Shown piece by piece: positions 21,263 through 33,900 of a DNA stretch of 64,000 nucleotides. Source of the DNA: Paramoeba atlantica (Eukaryota; Protista; Discosea); NCBI GenBank assembly GCA_977017575.1, contig CDRNVI010000048.1, positions 248,001 through 312,000 of the forward strand. Direction: 5' to 3'. The translations under genes were made by a program, and so were the position numbers. Position 1 is the first letter of the stretch. The number at the start of each line of letters is the position of its first letter. The notes under the pieces are model-generated. The model was not told the origin of the DNA and ran no database searches. It saw only the letters and a list, made by a program, of their open reading frames with translations.

Positions 21263-24200
21263 GCAGATAATAGGGGGGGAAGAGTACGAGTTCTAATTTT
21301 ATATATGTATGTACGGTATGACTTTCTCACTTACTTTCCTACTTGCTCAACTTCTTTCCCTCACTTCCCCCCATTTTGAAAACCAGCAAAATATATAACT
21401 AGCAAATACATGCTTTCCCATCTTACCCACTTCCCCTTACCAATCTTACCAGCTTTCCAGGGAGGGTAAGGTCTCCCTCGGTTAGGAGGGGCAGACTTTT
21501 CCCGAACCATTCGCGCGTTCCGGACCGGGTCTTTCGACCTCTCCCAGCTTGCCTTGTTAACCCTTCTCTTGTTGTACGAGAGGGCGCAAGCAATGGGCCT
21601 GTGCCGACAGCGGCACGGTCGCGGAGCATGATGCTGGCCGACGGGGAGGAACAAAGTTCCCTACCCATGTCCTACCTCACTTGGAGTACCTAGCCCTGGC
21701 GGACTAGGCGTGAGCATAGACCCTGCCGGCATCGACCAGCATCCGGACCAGCTGTTCGGGTTCCGGCTGAGCGGCCCATCTTGCACATCCGTCATCGTGC
21801 TATTGCTCGATTAAAGGGGGCAAGGGGTCCACAGCCGGCAGGCGCGTAATCATCATGCGTGCCTGGCAACGCATCAATGTTACGTTCATGTCGGTCACGA
21901 GACGGAGCGTAGAGGCCTCGTCTGTCAAGATACCGTTGGACGCTTTTGCCCTTCGTTCTCCAACCTTCCGGAGAACGGCTAAAGCACTGGCACTCCAAGA
22001 GCCATAGCTCTCGACCACCATAGCTGTGAAATCGCTTCCGGCATCTTCAGATTCACGGCGTTGTCGGACTTTCTGCTCTGAGGCATAATGCTCTGCGAAG
22101 GACCCCGCGGCCACCCAGCTAGCATTTCGGACTGTGTCCGTGTATTTAAATTGCTGGGCGTGAGTGACCGCGAAGTCAAGCACGATAGGTTTCCCGAGGA
22201 AGAGACTCGGAAGGAAGACGTCCCCGGGTCTAGTCAGAGCGCCTCCGGGGCCCCGGTTCCCGAGGCTTTTTTCCCGTTGGGGAGCTAGGCGTGCGTTACT
22301 GCAAGTATCGGCAAAGTGATCGGCCAAGGCGTTGTGACGGCCGATAATACCGTCCCCGTGCTTGCATGTGAGAGCGTGATCGCCGTGTATGTCCAATGGG
22401 AGTGTGCAGTTCCCCTTGGGACATGTACCTTCTTCCCCGTACACGGGCACACCTAACCACCAGCGGGATAGGATGCGGAATTCTGTGGGGTTAAAGGCGT
22501 GGCCCGTGTCTCTGGAAGGAGTTACGAACGCCCAGCTGCTTGCTCCTTTACCACACTGAGAAGCCCAGCGTGCGCGAGTCCGGGCGTCGGCGTTTTCATA
22601 TGCGTGCGAGAACTCTGTGGCAGAGATCGCGTAACTTATGTCTTTTTGGCGGGGGACGCTATTACTTGCCCAGTCGGGTGGATCCGCGTCAACGCAATCT
22701 TCGGATGCGTAAAGGGGGTTTGTATCGTGTGGAAAGTCTTCGGAATGAGGCAATGCGCGGTCACGAGGAAGGGAAGGCGGATTTGCGGGTTCAAAGGGAT
22801 GTCTGGTTTCTCCCTCGCGAGATCTCTTGGTGAAGCGAGCTTTGGGGGAGAGTTCTTCACATTTATGGCGCGGGATGGAACGCACGAGTCCGTTTGAGTC
22901 GAGTAGACTGATACCAACTTTCGAGTTCACGTCTTCAATCGATTGTAGAAAGCCCTCCACTTCTGAAGCATCCCATGAGTCCGTGGCCGCCGCGAAAACT
23001 ACAGAGGAGGCGTAAGCGGAGGATGCGTGCACGGTCGACGATTTTAAACCGAAACCTCCGTGTCTTTTCAAGCGCTGAATTTGGGCGCGTGCGGAGGGAG
23101 GCAAAGGACATAGAGTGGATTCGACCGCGTGCATTAGGAAGTCGTCGAGCCGCTTGCAGAGGTTCATAACTGATTGCGGGGGCGTCGTTCGTAGAGCATG
23201 TACCAATTTGCAGAATCCAGCACATTGTCGAATTAGCGCCATGGATACCTGGGGGTCCCGGATTCTGGTTATGGCATCAAGGGCCATTTCGGCGGGCTCA
23301 ACCGCGTGTGTCAGCAGATATTCAGTACAGTACTCAGGGGACCCAATTGGGCTTCCTAGGACACTAAAGTTACCGCACACGTTTATTTTGGCGTCGGGTA
23401 TGTCCGGAAATATGGTTACAACGTTAACCGAGGCAGGGGGGGTGATTATTTCGCACTTGGACATGTTCAGATATAGGCCCCATCGCGGACCTACTCTGGC
23501 GATTGTATCCAACGAATTCCTGACGTCTTCTGCCCTGCCAATGAGAATCCCGTCGTCTAGGTACCATAGCTGCAAGTCCAGGTCGGCCTGGTGATAGATT
23601 TCTTTTGCAAGTTCCAAGGAGACCAGTGAAAAGAAAAGTGGTCCCAGGGGATCGCCCTGTTGGACGCCTTCATCCGAAAGGAGTGTGTGGTAACGATAGG
23701 TCAAAGCACTAGTTGTCGTATAGCACCAGCTAGCCCAGGGGAACAATTCCGGAAAATGATCGCCTACAAGTTTCAAGAAAGTTGCTCTGCTAACGTTGTT
23801 GAATGCGTTGCTTAGGTCGACTTTACATAATACCATGTCGGGGTTGTCCGTATGAATTGTCATTGCGTGCCGTGAATTATTCGTTCCGAACCGGCCGGTG
23901 TCGCGACGCCGAACTGTAGTCCCTTAAAAAATTCCCTGGCTTTGCTCCTCACTGCATTGCAAGCCGCTTTGCTTACCAATCGACGTATCGTTTCTCCCGC
24001 TGCTATGGGGCGGACGTCATTTTCGCCCTTTTCAAGCGCGCAAAGTCTGGCTCCCGCAAAATATGGTTGTACCTCTAGGGGTGCTTTCCCGGCTAGTAGA
24101 TGATTCACGAGGTTTTTAAGGGCAGTAAGGGGTTTCACGGTGTTATCTACGTGCGCCAGGAGTACAGCTTGCAAGTGCTCGGGTCGTAAACCCATGGTTC

Positions 24201-25710
24201 CGGACGAGGAACCCCGGTGAAAGCTCTTGATAGTTTTCGCTACCACGCGTTCATCCATTATTAGGGGCGCTGTGGGCGGAGGCGTATAGTCGATGATGTC
24301 ACTGTCTGGATGTCGGGGCGGGTGCTTGCTCTGAAGTTTGAGGAGTGTATCTTCGTCGTCAGGGGCCATAGCATCCGCCGTGAGTGCAGCCATACCCCTA
24401 GAGTACTCGCCTTGTCGAGCTAGAAGCTCTGCTCGGATAGCTGCCTTTTCCTCTTCGTCGTGAACGGTTGTAGGGGCTACAGATTGTTTCTTGAGTGCGT
24501 TGTCTACTGCTTCATTCCATAGGGAGACATAATCTTGCGCGAGCCATCGGTTCATGCACTTCTGGACGTATGATGCGTAAGTTGTGTGGTTCTTACGTCC
24601 TCCTCGGGGTGGGGCGGGTAGTAAGCACTTGGGGAGCATGGCGAATAGGGTCCACGCGGCTGTAGAGTTTTCGGTGACTGCGTTTTGGGCTGCTTTGGTG
24701 ATAATTTCTCCCCACAGTTGACGGCAACGTGGAGGTACGTCCTTGCAAGTGTTCAGGCGCAGCGTGCAGATAGAGGATAGCGAGGGAAGTTCAGAGTGAT
24801 GAGTTTGAGTCCCCGGAAGGTGGCTTGGGTCGCTCGAGTGTGCTGCGCGCGATGGGATTTGGGGGTTCGCAACGTTCCCTTTGCAGGCTTGTGGATGAGC
24901 TTCCCTTTTGTTGATGTCATAATGGCGCCCGCATAAGTTGCAAAGAAATCGGCCTTCTGCATCCCACCAGGTAGCGGGAACTCCGTTTCCGTGGCGACAC
25001 GCGACGTGGTTATAAAACGCTTGCCAAGACCCTCCGTGCGGCAGACTTCTCCAAGTGCATCCCATGGCCGGACATTCCCGAGTCTCTTCTCTTGTTTGTG
25101 TCTTTTCAGCGAAGTTATTTTGGTTTGCGGCGTGTCGCGGTGAAGAGAAATATGTCCGGGGCTCCGGTGTTCGCCTTGACGAGCGCGAGTCCGCTTTGGT
25201 CACTCCTTTCGATGGGGAAGTGTTTCGACCTTGGTGGGAAAGAGCATCCTTCACTGCGGATTTGAGCGTCCGAGCTTCATCGGGGATCTTTGATGTGGGT
25301 GTAGCCTCGTGAGTAATTTTCTGCCTTCTCACTCCACAGTGCTGCATCTCCTCGTCTTCGGCCTCTACGTGGCCCGTGTCTGGGGTTTCCTTTTCCTGGG
25401 AGATGTGACGTGCGCGTTCCAACCATTCCTTAGGAATATTCTCCGGGATTGGTGTAGTGTAGAGTTGTTCGTCGTATGTGCTGACAGCGCGAATCAAATG
25501 CTTGTTTCCTTGGAATTGGTCCCAACTGCCGAGGGAGTGCGCACGTTCTTCGTCGGCGAGAGCGCCTACGCTGAGAGTTCCTTCCTTTGCACTCATATGG
25601 GATGAGGGGTGGTCCTCGTTCGAGCGTGCGGGGCTCTGAGGAGTATTGGTTTGCGTCATAAAAGAGCTGGGCCCCGAGAGAATACTGCGTAAAAAAATTT
25701 CAACAAGGTA
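21263..25710 (-). mobile_element. Full-length CRE family C copy 2 (same frameshift)
   Basis: ORFs 25659-23860 and 23863-21800 translate identically to copy 1; SL head at 25711-25746. Confidence 0.92.
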
Positions 25711-26103
25711 CAACAAGGTACAGAAACTGTATCTTTATCGTTAAAGTTTACTCCAAGTTTTTCCAACGGAGGAGGCTGAGCTATGTTGGGAATGTTCTTC
25801 TGAAACCAATCGCATTTCTGGAAATTAATTCGGAGGTTCATCTCTGCGGCGATCTCACGCAGGTAAAAGAAAGCTGCCTCCAATGCTTGCACGTTTTTGG
25901 AGCTCAAAGTCACATCGTCTTGGTATGCTCGGATCTTCACGTCAGGATAGAGGTGCATGAGTTCTCGTAGCGGGCCTTGCAAAAGTGCGCAGAAGTACAT
26001 TGATGAAAGTGCCGATCCTTGGCGAATTCCTGAAGAGCTTTCGATGGTAGCAAACAGAGCATTGTGCGCAAAAAATAGCAGCTCAGAGGGAATCCCATAT
26101 TCT

Positions 26104-26139
<36 letters not shown>

Positions 26140-26141
<2 letters not shown>

Positions 26142-29100
26142 AATTAATAAGGGGGGAGAAGTATGAATCGCGGCATTGCCTCTATATTTTGACCCAGTAG
26201 ACGAACCAAGTAGGTCCATTGGGGGGGGGGGGTATACGAATTGAAAACAAACAATCAAATTAGCAATTCTTTTTCTGTCCACAGATGTACCTTTTTTCTC
26301 AGCCCAAAACTAGCAATTTAGTCTCCCCTAAGTATATACTACAAACAAGAAAAACAGTAAAAATTAGTAAAAATTAAAACAAGCAATCCATGCCCAATCC
26401 ATTCGCGCGTTCCGGACCGGGTCTTTCGACCTCTCCACGGCCTGACTTGTGAACCCTTCCCTTGTTATATGGGAGGGCGCAGGCGCGGGCCTGTGTCGAC
26501 AGCGACACGGTCGCGAAACAGGATGCTGGCCGACGGGGAGGAGATTCACTGCCCGTGTACTACCTCACTTGGGGTACCTAGCCCTCGCGAGCTAGGCGTG
26601 AGTATAGACTCTGTCGACGCGACCAGCACCCTAATCGTCTTGTTACCCTAGAGGACCATGCCTGTGGGCCCTACTCCCCTTCCAGGGGAGCTTGGGGGTC
26701 ACTGACGACTATCCGGGAGACCATCATGCGGGCCTGAGAGCGCATGAGTGTGACGTTAAGCTCTTTCAGAAGGTCATTTCGGGCTTGAGCATCCGTGAGA
26801 AGACCTTTTGACGAGTTGGCGCGCAGTGCTCCCACCTTCCATAAGACCGCCATTGCGCTTTTACTCCACGAGCCAAAAGACTCGACAACCATGGCCGTGA
26901 ACCCTAGTTGTGCTTCTTCTGCTTCTTGACGTTGTTTTTCCTTCGTTTCTGAGTAATGCTCGGCGAAAGACCCTGCAGCCACCCAGCTAGCATTCCGGAC
27001 AGAGTCCAAATACTTTGTTTGCTGTGCGTGGGTGACTGCGAAGTCTAGTACCATGCCTTTCCCTAGAGTGTACGTGGGGAGGAAAACGTCAGCCGGTCTG
27101 GTGAGACCCCCTCCTGGCCCCCGATTTCCTAGACTTTTTTCTCGCTGGGGAGCCATGTTGGCCTTGCTGCAAAAGGAGGCGAATTCTACACAAAGCGCAT
27201 TGTGCCGCGTGATGAGGCCATGTCCGTTCTTGCACAATAATGCATGCTCCCCATTTTTCTGTAGGGGTAGGGAACACCCGTTTGCTGTGCAGGGGCGGTC
27301 TTGGCCATAAATGTCCATGCCAAACCACCAGCGCGATAACGTGCGGAACTCGGTTGGTGTGAAAGCAAAACCTTTACTCCTTGAGGGCGTGACGAAGGCC
27401 CAGCTCCCAGCTCCCTTTCCTGACTGTGAAACCCATCGTGCTCGGGTGCGGGGGTCGGCCTGGCCGTAGGCTGTAGTGAATTCCTGCTGCGATATGGCTT
27501 GGCTCAGTTGCTGCTGCCGGGGTATAACCATTTCCGGCTCGGCCGTCTTATCCGCGTCCATGTTGTTGAGTATGTGTCGTGGGCGTTTGCTTCTCGAGGT
27601 GAGGTTGTGTCTTTGGCTGGACTCTGGATGTGGTTTATTCTGTTTCGGGATGCGTCCTGTACCGGGATCCACAAGTTCTACCCCCGCCTTTCTATTCACG
27701 TCCTGCACGGAAATGGTGAATCCCTCGGCTTCTGAAGGGTCCCAATCGTCTGCATCGGCGGCGTGCGCAACGGAGGAGACATATGCTGCTGTTGCGTGGA
27801 GGAGAGAAGACCTGAGACCAAAACCCCCGTTGCGCTTCTTACGTTGGATTTGGTCACGCGCGTGGGAATCCAGAAGGAAAAGTGCCCATTCCGCGGCTTT
27901 TAGAACATTTTCATCAAGGGAATTACAAAGCTCAGAAAGCGCATGAGGGGGTGTCGTGCGAAGTGCGTAGACCATTTGACAGAATCCAGTGCACTGCCGG
28001 ATGAGGGACATGGCTACTTGTGGGTCTCCTATGAAACCTATTGCGTCTAATGTTTCGCGTGCGGGCTCAATGGCTTCTGACCTGAGAAACTCCACGCAAT
28101 GCTCCGCTGACCCAATCGGGGAGCCCAAGATGTCGAAATTTCCATCAGTACGAGTTTTAGTCTTCGGTATCTCTGGAAATAATCCTGTGAGATGGGATGA
28201 AGCAGGCGGTGTTATTATCTCACATTTCGATGGGTTTAGGAAAAGTCCGCATCGGGAGCCAACATTGGAAAAAACATCGAGCGCCTTCCTGACCTCCTCA
28301 GCCTCCCCTATGAGTACCCCGTCATCTAGGTACCAAAGTTGAGTGTCTAGATTCGACCGAGACGATATTTCTTCTGTTACACTGGATAGTACTAGAGAGA
28401 AGAGAAGAGGGCCTAGTGGGTCTCCTTGTTGTACCCCCTCTGCCGAGGGTATGACATTGTCTCTGTAGGTAAGACAGCTCACGTTGGAGTAACACCACTC
28501 TACCCAAGGTGAGAGTTCGGGGAAATTTAAGCGCGTGGTTAGGGTGAGAACAGGCCTGCTGACGTTATTGAAAGCGTTTCTTAAGTCCACTTTGCAGAAG
28601 ACAAAATTGTCACTCCCCAGGTTATTGAGCATGGCTCTCCGGCAGAGGTGGATAACTCGTTCGGCTCCCGCGGGGGCTGCTACACCATATTGTCGCCCGT
28701 TGAACAGAGTACCCGCTTTCTCCTTTATCGAGATACATGCCGCCTTGCTTACGAGGCGTCTAAGGGTTTCACCCGCTGCGATTGGTCGAACATCGTCCTC
28801 GCCTTTTTCCAGGGCGCAGAGCCGGGCTCCAGCGTAGAATGATTGGACGTCTTGTGGCGCTTTTCCTTGAAGCATGTGGTTCACTAGTCGCGTGAGGGCC
28901 GAGAGAGGATTCACATCCTTGTCCACATGTTCCAAGATGGCTGCCTGGAGGTGCTCTGGACGAAGGCCCATCGTGCCGGCTGAAGATCCCCTGCGGAAGC
29001 TGACGATCGCTTTTTTGACCTCTGTTTCCTCTAGGTGTAGGGGGTTGCCCTCGATCGGTGGTAGATCATTCTGCAAGGGATTTTCGTGTGGGTCTGGATG

Positions 29101-30336
29101 CTTCTCCAAGAGCTTTTCGAGGGTATCTGCATTGTCTGGCGCCATGGGGGCTGCGGTTAGGGCTGCCATTCCCCTGGAAAATTCCCCCTGGCGGGCCAAG
29201 AGTTCGGCTCGAATTGCCGCTCTGTCTGCATCGATTTCGGAGTCGCGTGATCTGGAGCGCTTTTTATAATGATCCCTCTGGGCATCTTCCCATAGCAAGA
29301 GGTACTCCCCCGCTAGCCACAGTTTCATGCGGTTTTCGACGTACGTAGAGTATGATGTGTGGCCTTTGCGACCGCCTCGGAAAGGTGCTGGTAGGACACA
29401 CTTAGGGAGCATTGCGAGAAGTGTCCATGCCTCTACCGTGTTTTCCTTCACTGCGGATGTCAAGGATTGCGTGAGGATGCTCGCCCAGAGGAATCTGCAA
29501 CAGTGTGGAACGTCTTTGCAGGTACTCATGGGAAGTGCGCAGATGGAGCCGAGTGATGGCAAATTGTCTGTTGGATTTTCTTCTGCGTTTTGGGGACGTG
29601 CCGTTGGTGGGGCTAATGACCGTCCGGAATTGTTGCGGCCCCTGCAGTTTTTGGGGTGAGACTTGAGCTTGTTCTTGGCGTAGTGTCTGCCACAATCTCT
29701 GCAGAGGAATCTTCCCTCTCCCTCCCACCACTCGTTTGGAATGTTTTTGCCGTGTCGATGAGCTACATGGTGATAAAATGCCTGCCATTTTCCGCTATGT
29801 GGTGGGGTTTTCCACGTACATCCTTCTGCTGGGCATTGACGTTCTACATCCTTCTGCTGCGTATTGGCGTTGTGGTATGTGGTAGGGGCAGAATCAGTAT
29901 TCTTGCGCTTTGTAGCCTTAGTTGGAGAGAAAATGTGGGCGGATGAGGCCTCCGAAGTAATTCCCACGTTGTTTGCCACGACAAGGGAGTGATTTGTCTC
30001 TTCGTCCGCGGTCATTCTGCCTGTGTCCGGTGTAGGTTCCTCTGCCGCGATCTTGTAGGCTCTTTCGGTCCAGTGTTTAGGTACGTTTTCGGGGATAGGT
30101 GTCGTATACAAAAGTTCATTGTAGGTGCTTTGGCCGGAAATCAGGTGAGCGTTTCCTGCGAATTGGTCCCAATCTCCGGGTTTGTGTGACATTTGTTCCT
30201 GGCGAAAAGAGTCATCATCCATTGGTAACGCGTTGGCATCAAAGGAATCATCGGGCGGCATGGTGCGACCCTAGTAAGCAATAAAGAGAAAGAAAAATTA
30301 ATTCAACAAGGTACAGAAACTGTATCTTTATCGTTA

Positions 30337-30339
<3 letters not shown>
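26140..30339 (-). mobile_element. Full-length CRE family D copy 1, with SL head 30304-30339
   Basis: SL, 42-nt U-rich 5' UTR, intact ORF, structured UTR, terminal module, poly(A). Confidence 0.95.
26671..30261 (-). CDS. CRE-clade retrotransposon protein, family D (1196 aa: ZnF-ZnF-RT-CCHC-REL)
   Basis: GVQQGDPLGPLLF, WYLDDG, GGFGLRS, CTANGC...HALLC, RHN...PADVF...DFAVTH...VESFGSW. Differs from D2-D4 at two residues. Confidence 0.95.
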   Translation of the reverse strand: MPPDDSFDANALPMDDDSFRQEQMSHKPGDWDQFAGNAHLISGQSTYNELLYTTPIPENVPKHWTERAYKIAAEEPTPDTGRMTADEETNHSLVVANNVGITSEASSAHIFSPTKATKRKNTDSAPTTYHNANTQQKDVERQCPAEGCTWKTPPHSGKWQAFYHHVAHRHGKNIPNEWWEGEGRFLCRDCGRHYAKNKLKSHPKNCRGRNNSGRSLAPPTARPQNAEENPTDNLPSLGSICALPMSTCKDVPHCCRFLWASILTQSLTSAVKENTVEAWTLLAMLPKCVLPAPFRGGRKGHTSYSTYVENRMKLWLAGEYLLLWEDAQRDHYKKRSRSRDSEIDADRAAIRAELLARQGEFSRGMAALTAAPMAPDNADTLEKLLEKHPDPHENPLQNDLPPIEGNPLHLEETEVKKAIVSFRRGSSAGTMGLRPEHLQAAILEHVDKDVNPLSALTRLVNHMLQGKAPQDVQSFYAGARLCALEKGEDDVRPIAAGETLRRLVSKAACISIKEKAGTLFNGRQYGVAAPAGAERVIHLCRRAMLNNLGSDNFVFCKVDLRNAFNNVSRPVLTLTTRLNFPELSPWVEWCYSNVSCLTYRDNVIPSAEGVQQGDPLGPLLFSLVLSSVTEEISSRSNLDTQLWYLDDGVLIGEAEEVRKALDVFSNVGSRCGLFLNPSKCEIITPPASSHLTGLFPEIPKTKTRTDGNFDILGSPIGSAEHCVEFLRSEAIEPARETLDAIGFIGDPQVAMSLIRQCTGFCQMVYALRTTPPHALSELCNSLDENVLKAAEWALFLLDSHARDQIQRKKRNGGFGLRSSLLHATAAYVSSVAHAADADDWDPSEAEGFTISVQDVNRKAGVELVDPGTGRIPKQNKPHPESSQRHNLTSRSKRPRHILNNMDADKTAEPEMVIPRQQQLSQAISQQEFTTAYGQADPRTRARWVSQSGKGAGSWAFVTPSRSKGFAFTPTEFRTLSRWWFGMDIYGQDRPCTANGCSLPLQKNGEHALLCKNGHGLITRHNALCVEFASFCSKANMAPQREKSLGNRGPGGGLTRPADVFLPTYTLGKGMVLDFAVTHAQQTKYLDSVRNASWVAAGSFAEHYSETKEKQRQEAEEAQLGFTAMVVESFGSWSKSAMAVLWKVGALRANSSKGLLTDAQARNDLLKELNVTLMRSQARMMVSRIVVSDPQAPLEGE

Positions 30340-30368
<29 letters not shown>

Positions 30369-30370
<2 letters not shown>

Positions 30371-30928
30371 GCGAAAATGCATACAGTTCATACACGTACA
30401 TAATTATTAACAAACCCTATTCAAATATAATCCCTCCTGAATTTCAATCCGTAAACTTTTAATCTTTTTTTTTATTTTTATTAAACAAGCAATCAAATTA
30501 GCAATTTCACATGTTGTAGCCCAAAACTAGTAATTCAACCTGCCTTAAGTTATTTATGATTTTGATAACAATAATAATAAAAAGAAGCAATTTATGCCCA
30601 ATTCATTCGCGCGTTCCGGACCGGGTCTTTCGACCACTCCTCGGCCTGACTTGTGAACCCTTCCCTTGTTATATGGGAGGGCGCAGGCGCGGGCTTGTGC
30701 CGACAGCGGCACGGTCGCGAAACAGGGTGCTGGCCGACGGGGAGGAAGTTTTAGTTCCCGACCCATGTCCTACCTCACTTGGAGTACCTAGCCCTTGAGG
30801 GCTAGGCGTGAGCATAGACCCTGCCGGCATCGACCAGCATCCAGGCCAGCCATCTATGAGGGCGCAAACGTGGGTCTGTGCTGACTGCCGTCCGGTCAGG
30901 AAACGTTTACTCCCCCAAGCAAGAAAAA
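30369..30928 (-). mobile_element. 3'-UTR-only fragment of another CRE family (F9)
   Basis: Structured UTR variant (hairpin CCTAGCCC-TCAA-GGGCTAGG) with a different terminal region; poly(A) on both sides. Confidence 0.75.
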
Positions 30929-30949
30929 GTTTTTTTTTTTTTTTTTTTT

Positions 30950-33900
30950 GCAATTAATAAGGGGGGAGAAGTATGAATCGCGGCATTGCCTCTATAATTT
31001 GATCCAGTAGACGAACCAAGTACATAGTAGGTCCATTAGGGGGGTATATGAATTTAAAACAAGCAATCAAATTAGCAATTCTTTTCATTTCCACAGAAGT
31101 ATATTTTCTTTTTCTTTTTTCTCAGCCCAAAACTAGCAATTCAATCTCCCCTAAGTATATACGACAAATAAGACACAGTAAAAATAAAAACAAGCAATCC
31201 AGACCCAATCCATTCGCGCGTTCCGGACCGGGTCTTTCGACCACTCCACGGCCTGACTTGTGAACCCTTCCCTTGCTATACGGGAGGGCGCAGGCGCGGG
31301 CCTGTGTCGACAGCGACACGGTCACGAAACAGGATGCTGGCCGACGGGGAGGAGATTCACTACCCGTGTACTACCTCACTTGGGGTACCTAGCCCTCGCG
31401 GGCTAGGCGTGAGCATAGTCTCTGTCGACCCGGCCAGCACCCGCCCTGGATATTATGGCGTCTTCGTGCTGAAACTGGACTGTCAGTAGAGGCTTAAGCC
31501 TCTACCAAAGGATCCGCTGGGTCCTCTACGCGGATGCGCGAAACCATCATCCTGGCTTGAGAACGCATTAGCGTCACGTTCAGATCTGTTAGGAGATCGT
31601 TTCGCGCTTGGTCTCGTGAAAGGAGCCCTTTGGATGCATTCGCCCGTTGGGTTCCGATGTCCCGGAGTAACGCTAGCGCACTCTCGCTCCAGGAACCAAA
31701 GGATTCCACCACCATCGCTGTGAAGAGGTGTCCTGCTTTTTCTGCTTCTTGTCGCTGTCGCGCCTTGGTCTCCGCGAAGTGCTCGGCAAAAGACCCCGGG
31801 GTCACCCAGCTAGCATTGTGGACTGAGTCCAAATACTTTGTTTGCTGTGCGTGAGTGACCGCAAAATCTAGGACCATGCCTTGCGCTAAAGATCCTTTGG
31901 CGATGGAGGCAGTTGGCAGAAATACGTCTGCTGGTCTCGTGAGAGCCAGAACCCCGATTTCCCAAACTCTTCTCTCTCTGTGGCGCCAGGAAGGCTCTGC
32001 TGCAGAACGATGTAAATTGTTGGGCCAGAGCGTTGTGCCGTGAGATGATACCATGGCCGTTCTTGCAGAGCAAAGCGTGCTCTCCATTCTTGAGCAAGGG
32101 AAGGGTGCACCCGTCAGCTGGGCAAGGCCGATCTTCGGGGAAGACGTCCATGCCTAGCCACCAGCGTGTTAGGGTACGAAACTCCGTGTGGGTGAAAGCG
32201 TAGCCTCTGGTCTTGGAGGGAGTTGCGAAAGCCCAGTTTCCGGCCCCTTTTCCGGACTGCGAGATCCATCGCGCCCGCGTTCTTGCGTCTGCCTTTGAAT
32301 ATGCCGTTTGAAATTCCCTATCCGAGATAGCTTGGCTGAGATGTTTTTGCCTCGGGATGATCTTTTCCTGATCCGTCGAGACCGGGAGAAGGGCGTGATT
32401 GAGGGATTGTGCGAGTTTTCTTTTCGATGGGCGGGAAAGGATGCTCCGATTTGCATGATATTCACCAGGCACACTAGGTTTGGTAATGCGTCCAGTGTAT
32501 GGATCAACCAGATCAGTCCCAACTTTGTCATTTATGTCATGTGCTGAGCTGGAAAATCCCTCAGCTTCTGTGGGGTCCCAGTTGTCCAAGCTAGCGGCGT
32601 GCGCGACGGAAGAAACGTAGGCTGCTGACTGGTGGAGAATTGATGAGCGAAGTCCGAACCCGCCGTGGCGTTTTGGTCGTTGTATTTGGTCGCGAGCGGC
32701 GACGCCTAAGGGAGAAATTGCGTGCTCCACGGCCTGGACTAGATGAGAGTCAAGTTTTTGGCATAATTCTCCAAGGGCTTGGGGAGGAGTGGTGCGCAGT
32801 GCGTACACCATCTGACAAAACCCCGAACATTGCCGTATTAGTGCGAGAGCTATTTGGGGATCTTCTAACACAGCAGTAGCTTCTAATGTTTCGCGGGCTG
32901 GTTCAATCGCGTGTGTCATGAGAAACTCCGCACAGTGTTCCGCAGAGCCTATTGGGCTTCCAAGAATGTCGAAGTTCCCGTCGTACCGTATTTTATCACT
33001 GGGGATGTCAGGAAAGAAAACGGAGGTATGAGCTGATGCTGGGGGGGTAATGATCTCGCACTTGGAGAGATTCAGGAAGAGTCCCCACTTCGGTCCTATC
33101 TCGTCGAGGACGTCTAGGGCTTTACGGACTTCTTTGGGCTCACCTACAAGCACACCGTCATCTAAATACCATAATTGTGTTCGTAGGTTAGAATTTGATG
33201 CAATTTCTTCTGTTACCTCTGCTAACACCAAGGAGAAGAGGAGTGGGCCCAGAGGGTCTCCTTGTTGCACTCCTTCTGCCGAGGGGATAAAATCATTGCC
33301 GAATGTGAGACAGCTGTGATTGGCATAACACCATTCTACCCATGGGGATAGTTCAGGGAAATGCTTTCGTGTGAGAAAGATGAAGACGGGTCGGCTCACG
33401 TTATTAAAGGCGTTCCGAAGATCCACCTTACAGAACGTTATGTTCTCATTTTCTTCATTATTTCTCATTAGACGGCGACAAAGGTGTATCACTCTTTCCG
33501 CCCCAGCAGACGCTGCGACCCCGTATTGACGACGTCCAAAGAAGGATCCTGCTTTTTCTTTTATCGAAAGGCACACTGCCTTGCTCACCAGGCGTCTAAG
33601 GGTTTCCCCCGCAGCGATAGGCCGCACGTCATCTTCCCCTTTTTCGAGTGCGCATAGCCGTGCCCCTGCAAAAAAAGGTTGCACTTCGTCTGCGGCTTTG
33701 CCAGCTAGGAGATGGTTTACGAAGGAAGTGAGCGTCGTAAGAGGATTCATATTCTGGTCGACGTGCTCTTGAAGCGCTGTTTGGAGGTGTTCAGGCCGGA
33801 GCCCCATAGTCCCAGCAGAGGATCCGCGACGGAAGGTATCTACTGCTTTTCTCACCTCGGATTCGTCCAGTTTTAAAGCTTCTTCTTCCAGGGGAGGTAG

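Larger units (their letters stand above)
16020..26105. repeat. 4862-bp near-perfect tandem duplication (two units plus a third copy of the ~360-bp SLACS-like RT piece)
   Basis: Identical ORF translations offset by 4862 bp; RT piece at 16023-16381, 20885-21243 and 25747-26105. Confidence 0.95.

Noticed and set aside
15890-26282. ORF-track proteins starting MRKSYR.../MDRKR... with poly-Lys
   Set aside because: They are chimeric read-throughs of 3' UTR and poly(A) into the RT fragment.
26560-26610. HDV-like or hammerhead ribozyme in the 3' UTR
   Set aside because: The TACC/GGTA helix that suggested an HDV P3 is not conserved in the G and divergent copies, and there is no CUGAUGA/GAAA core.
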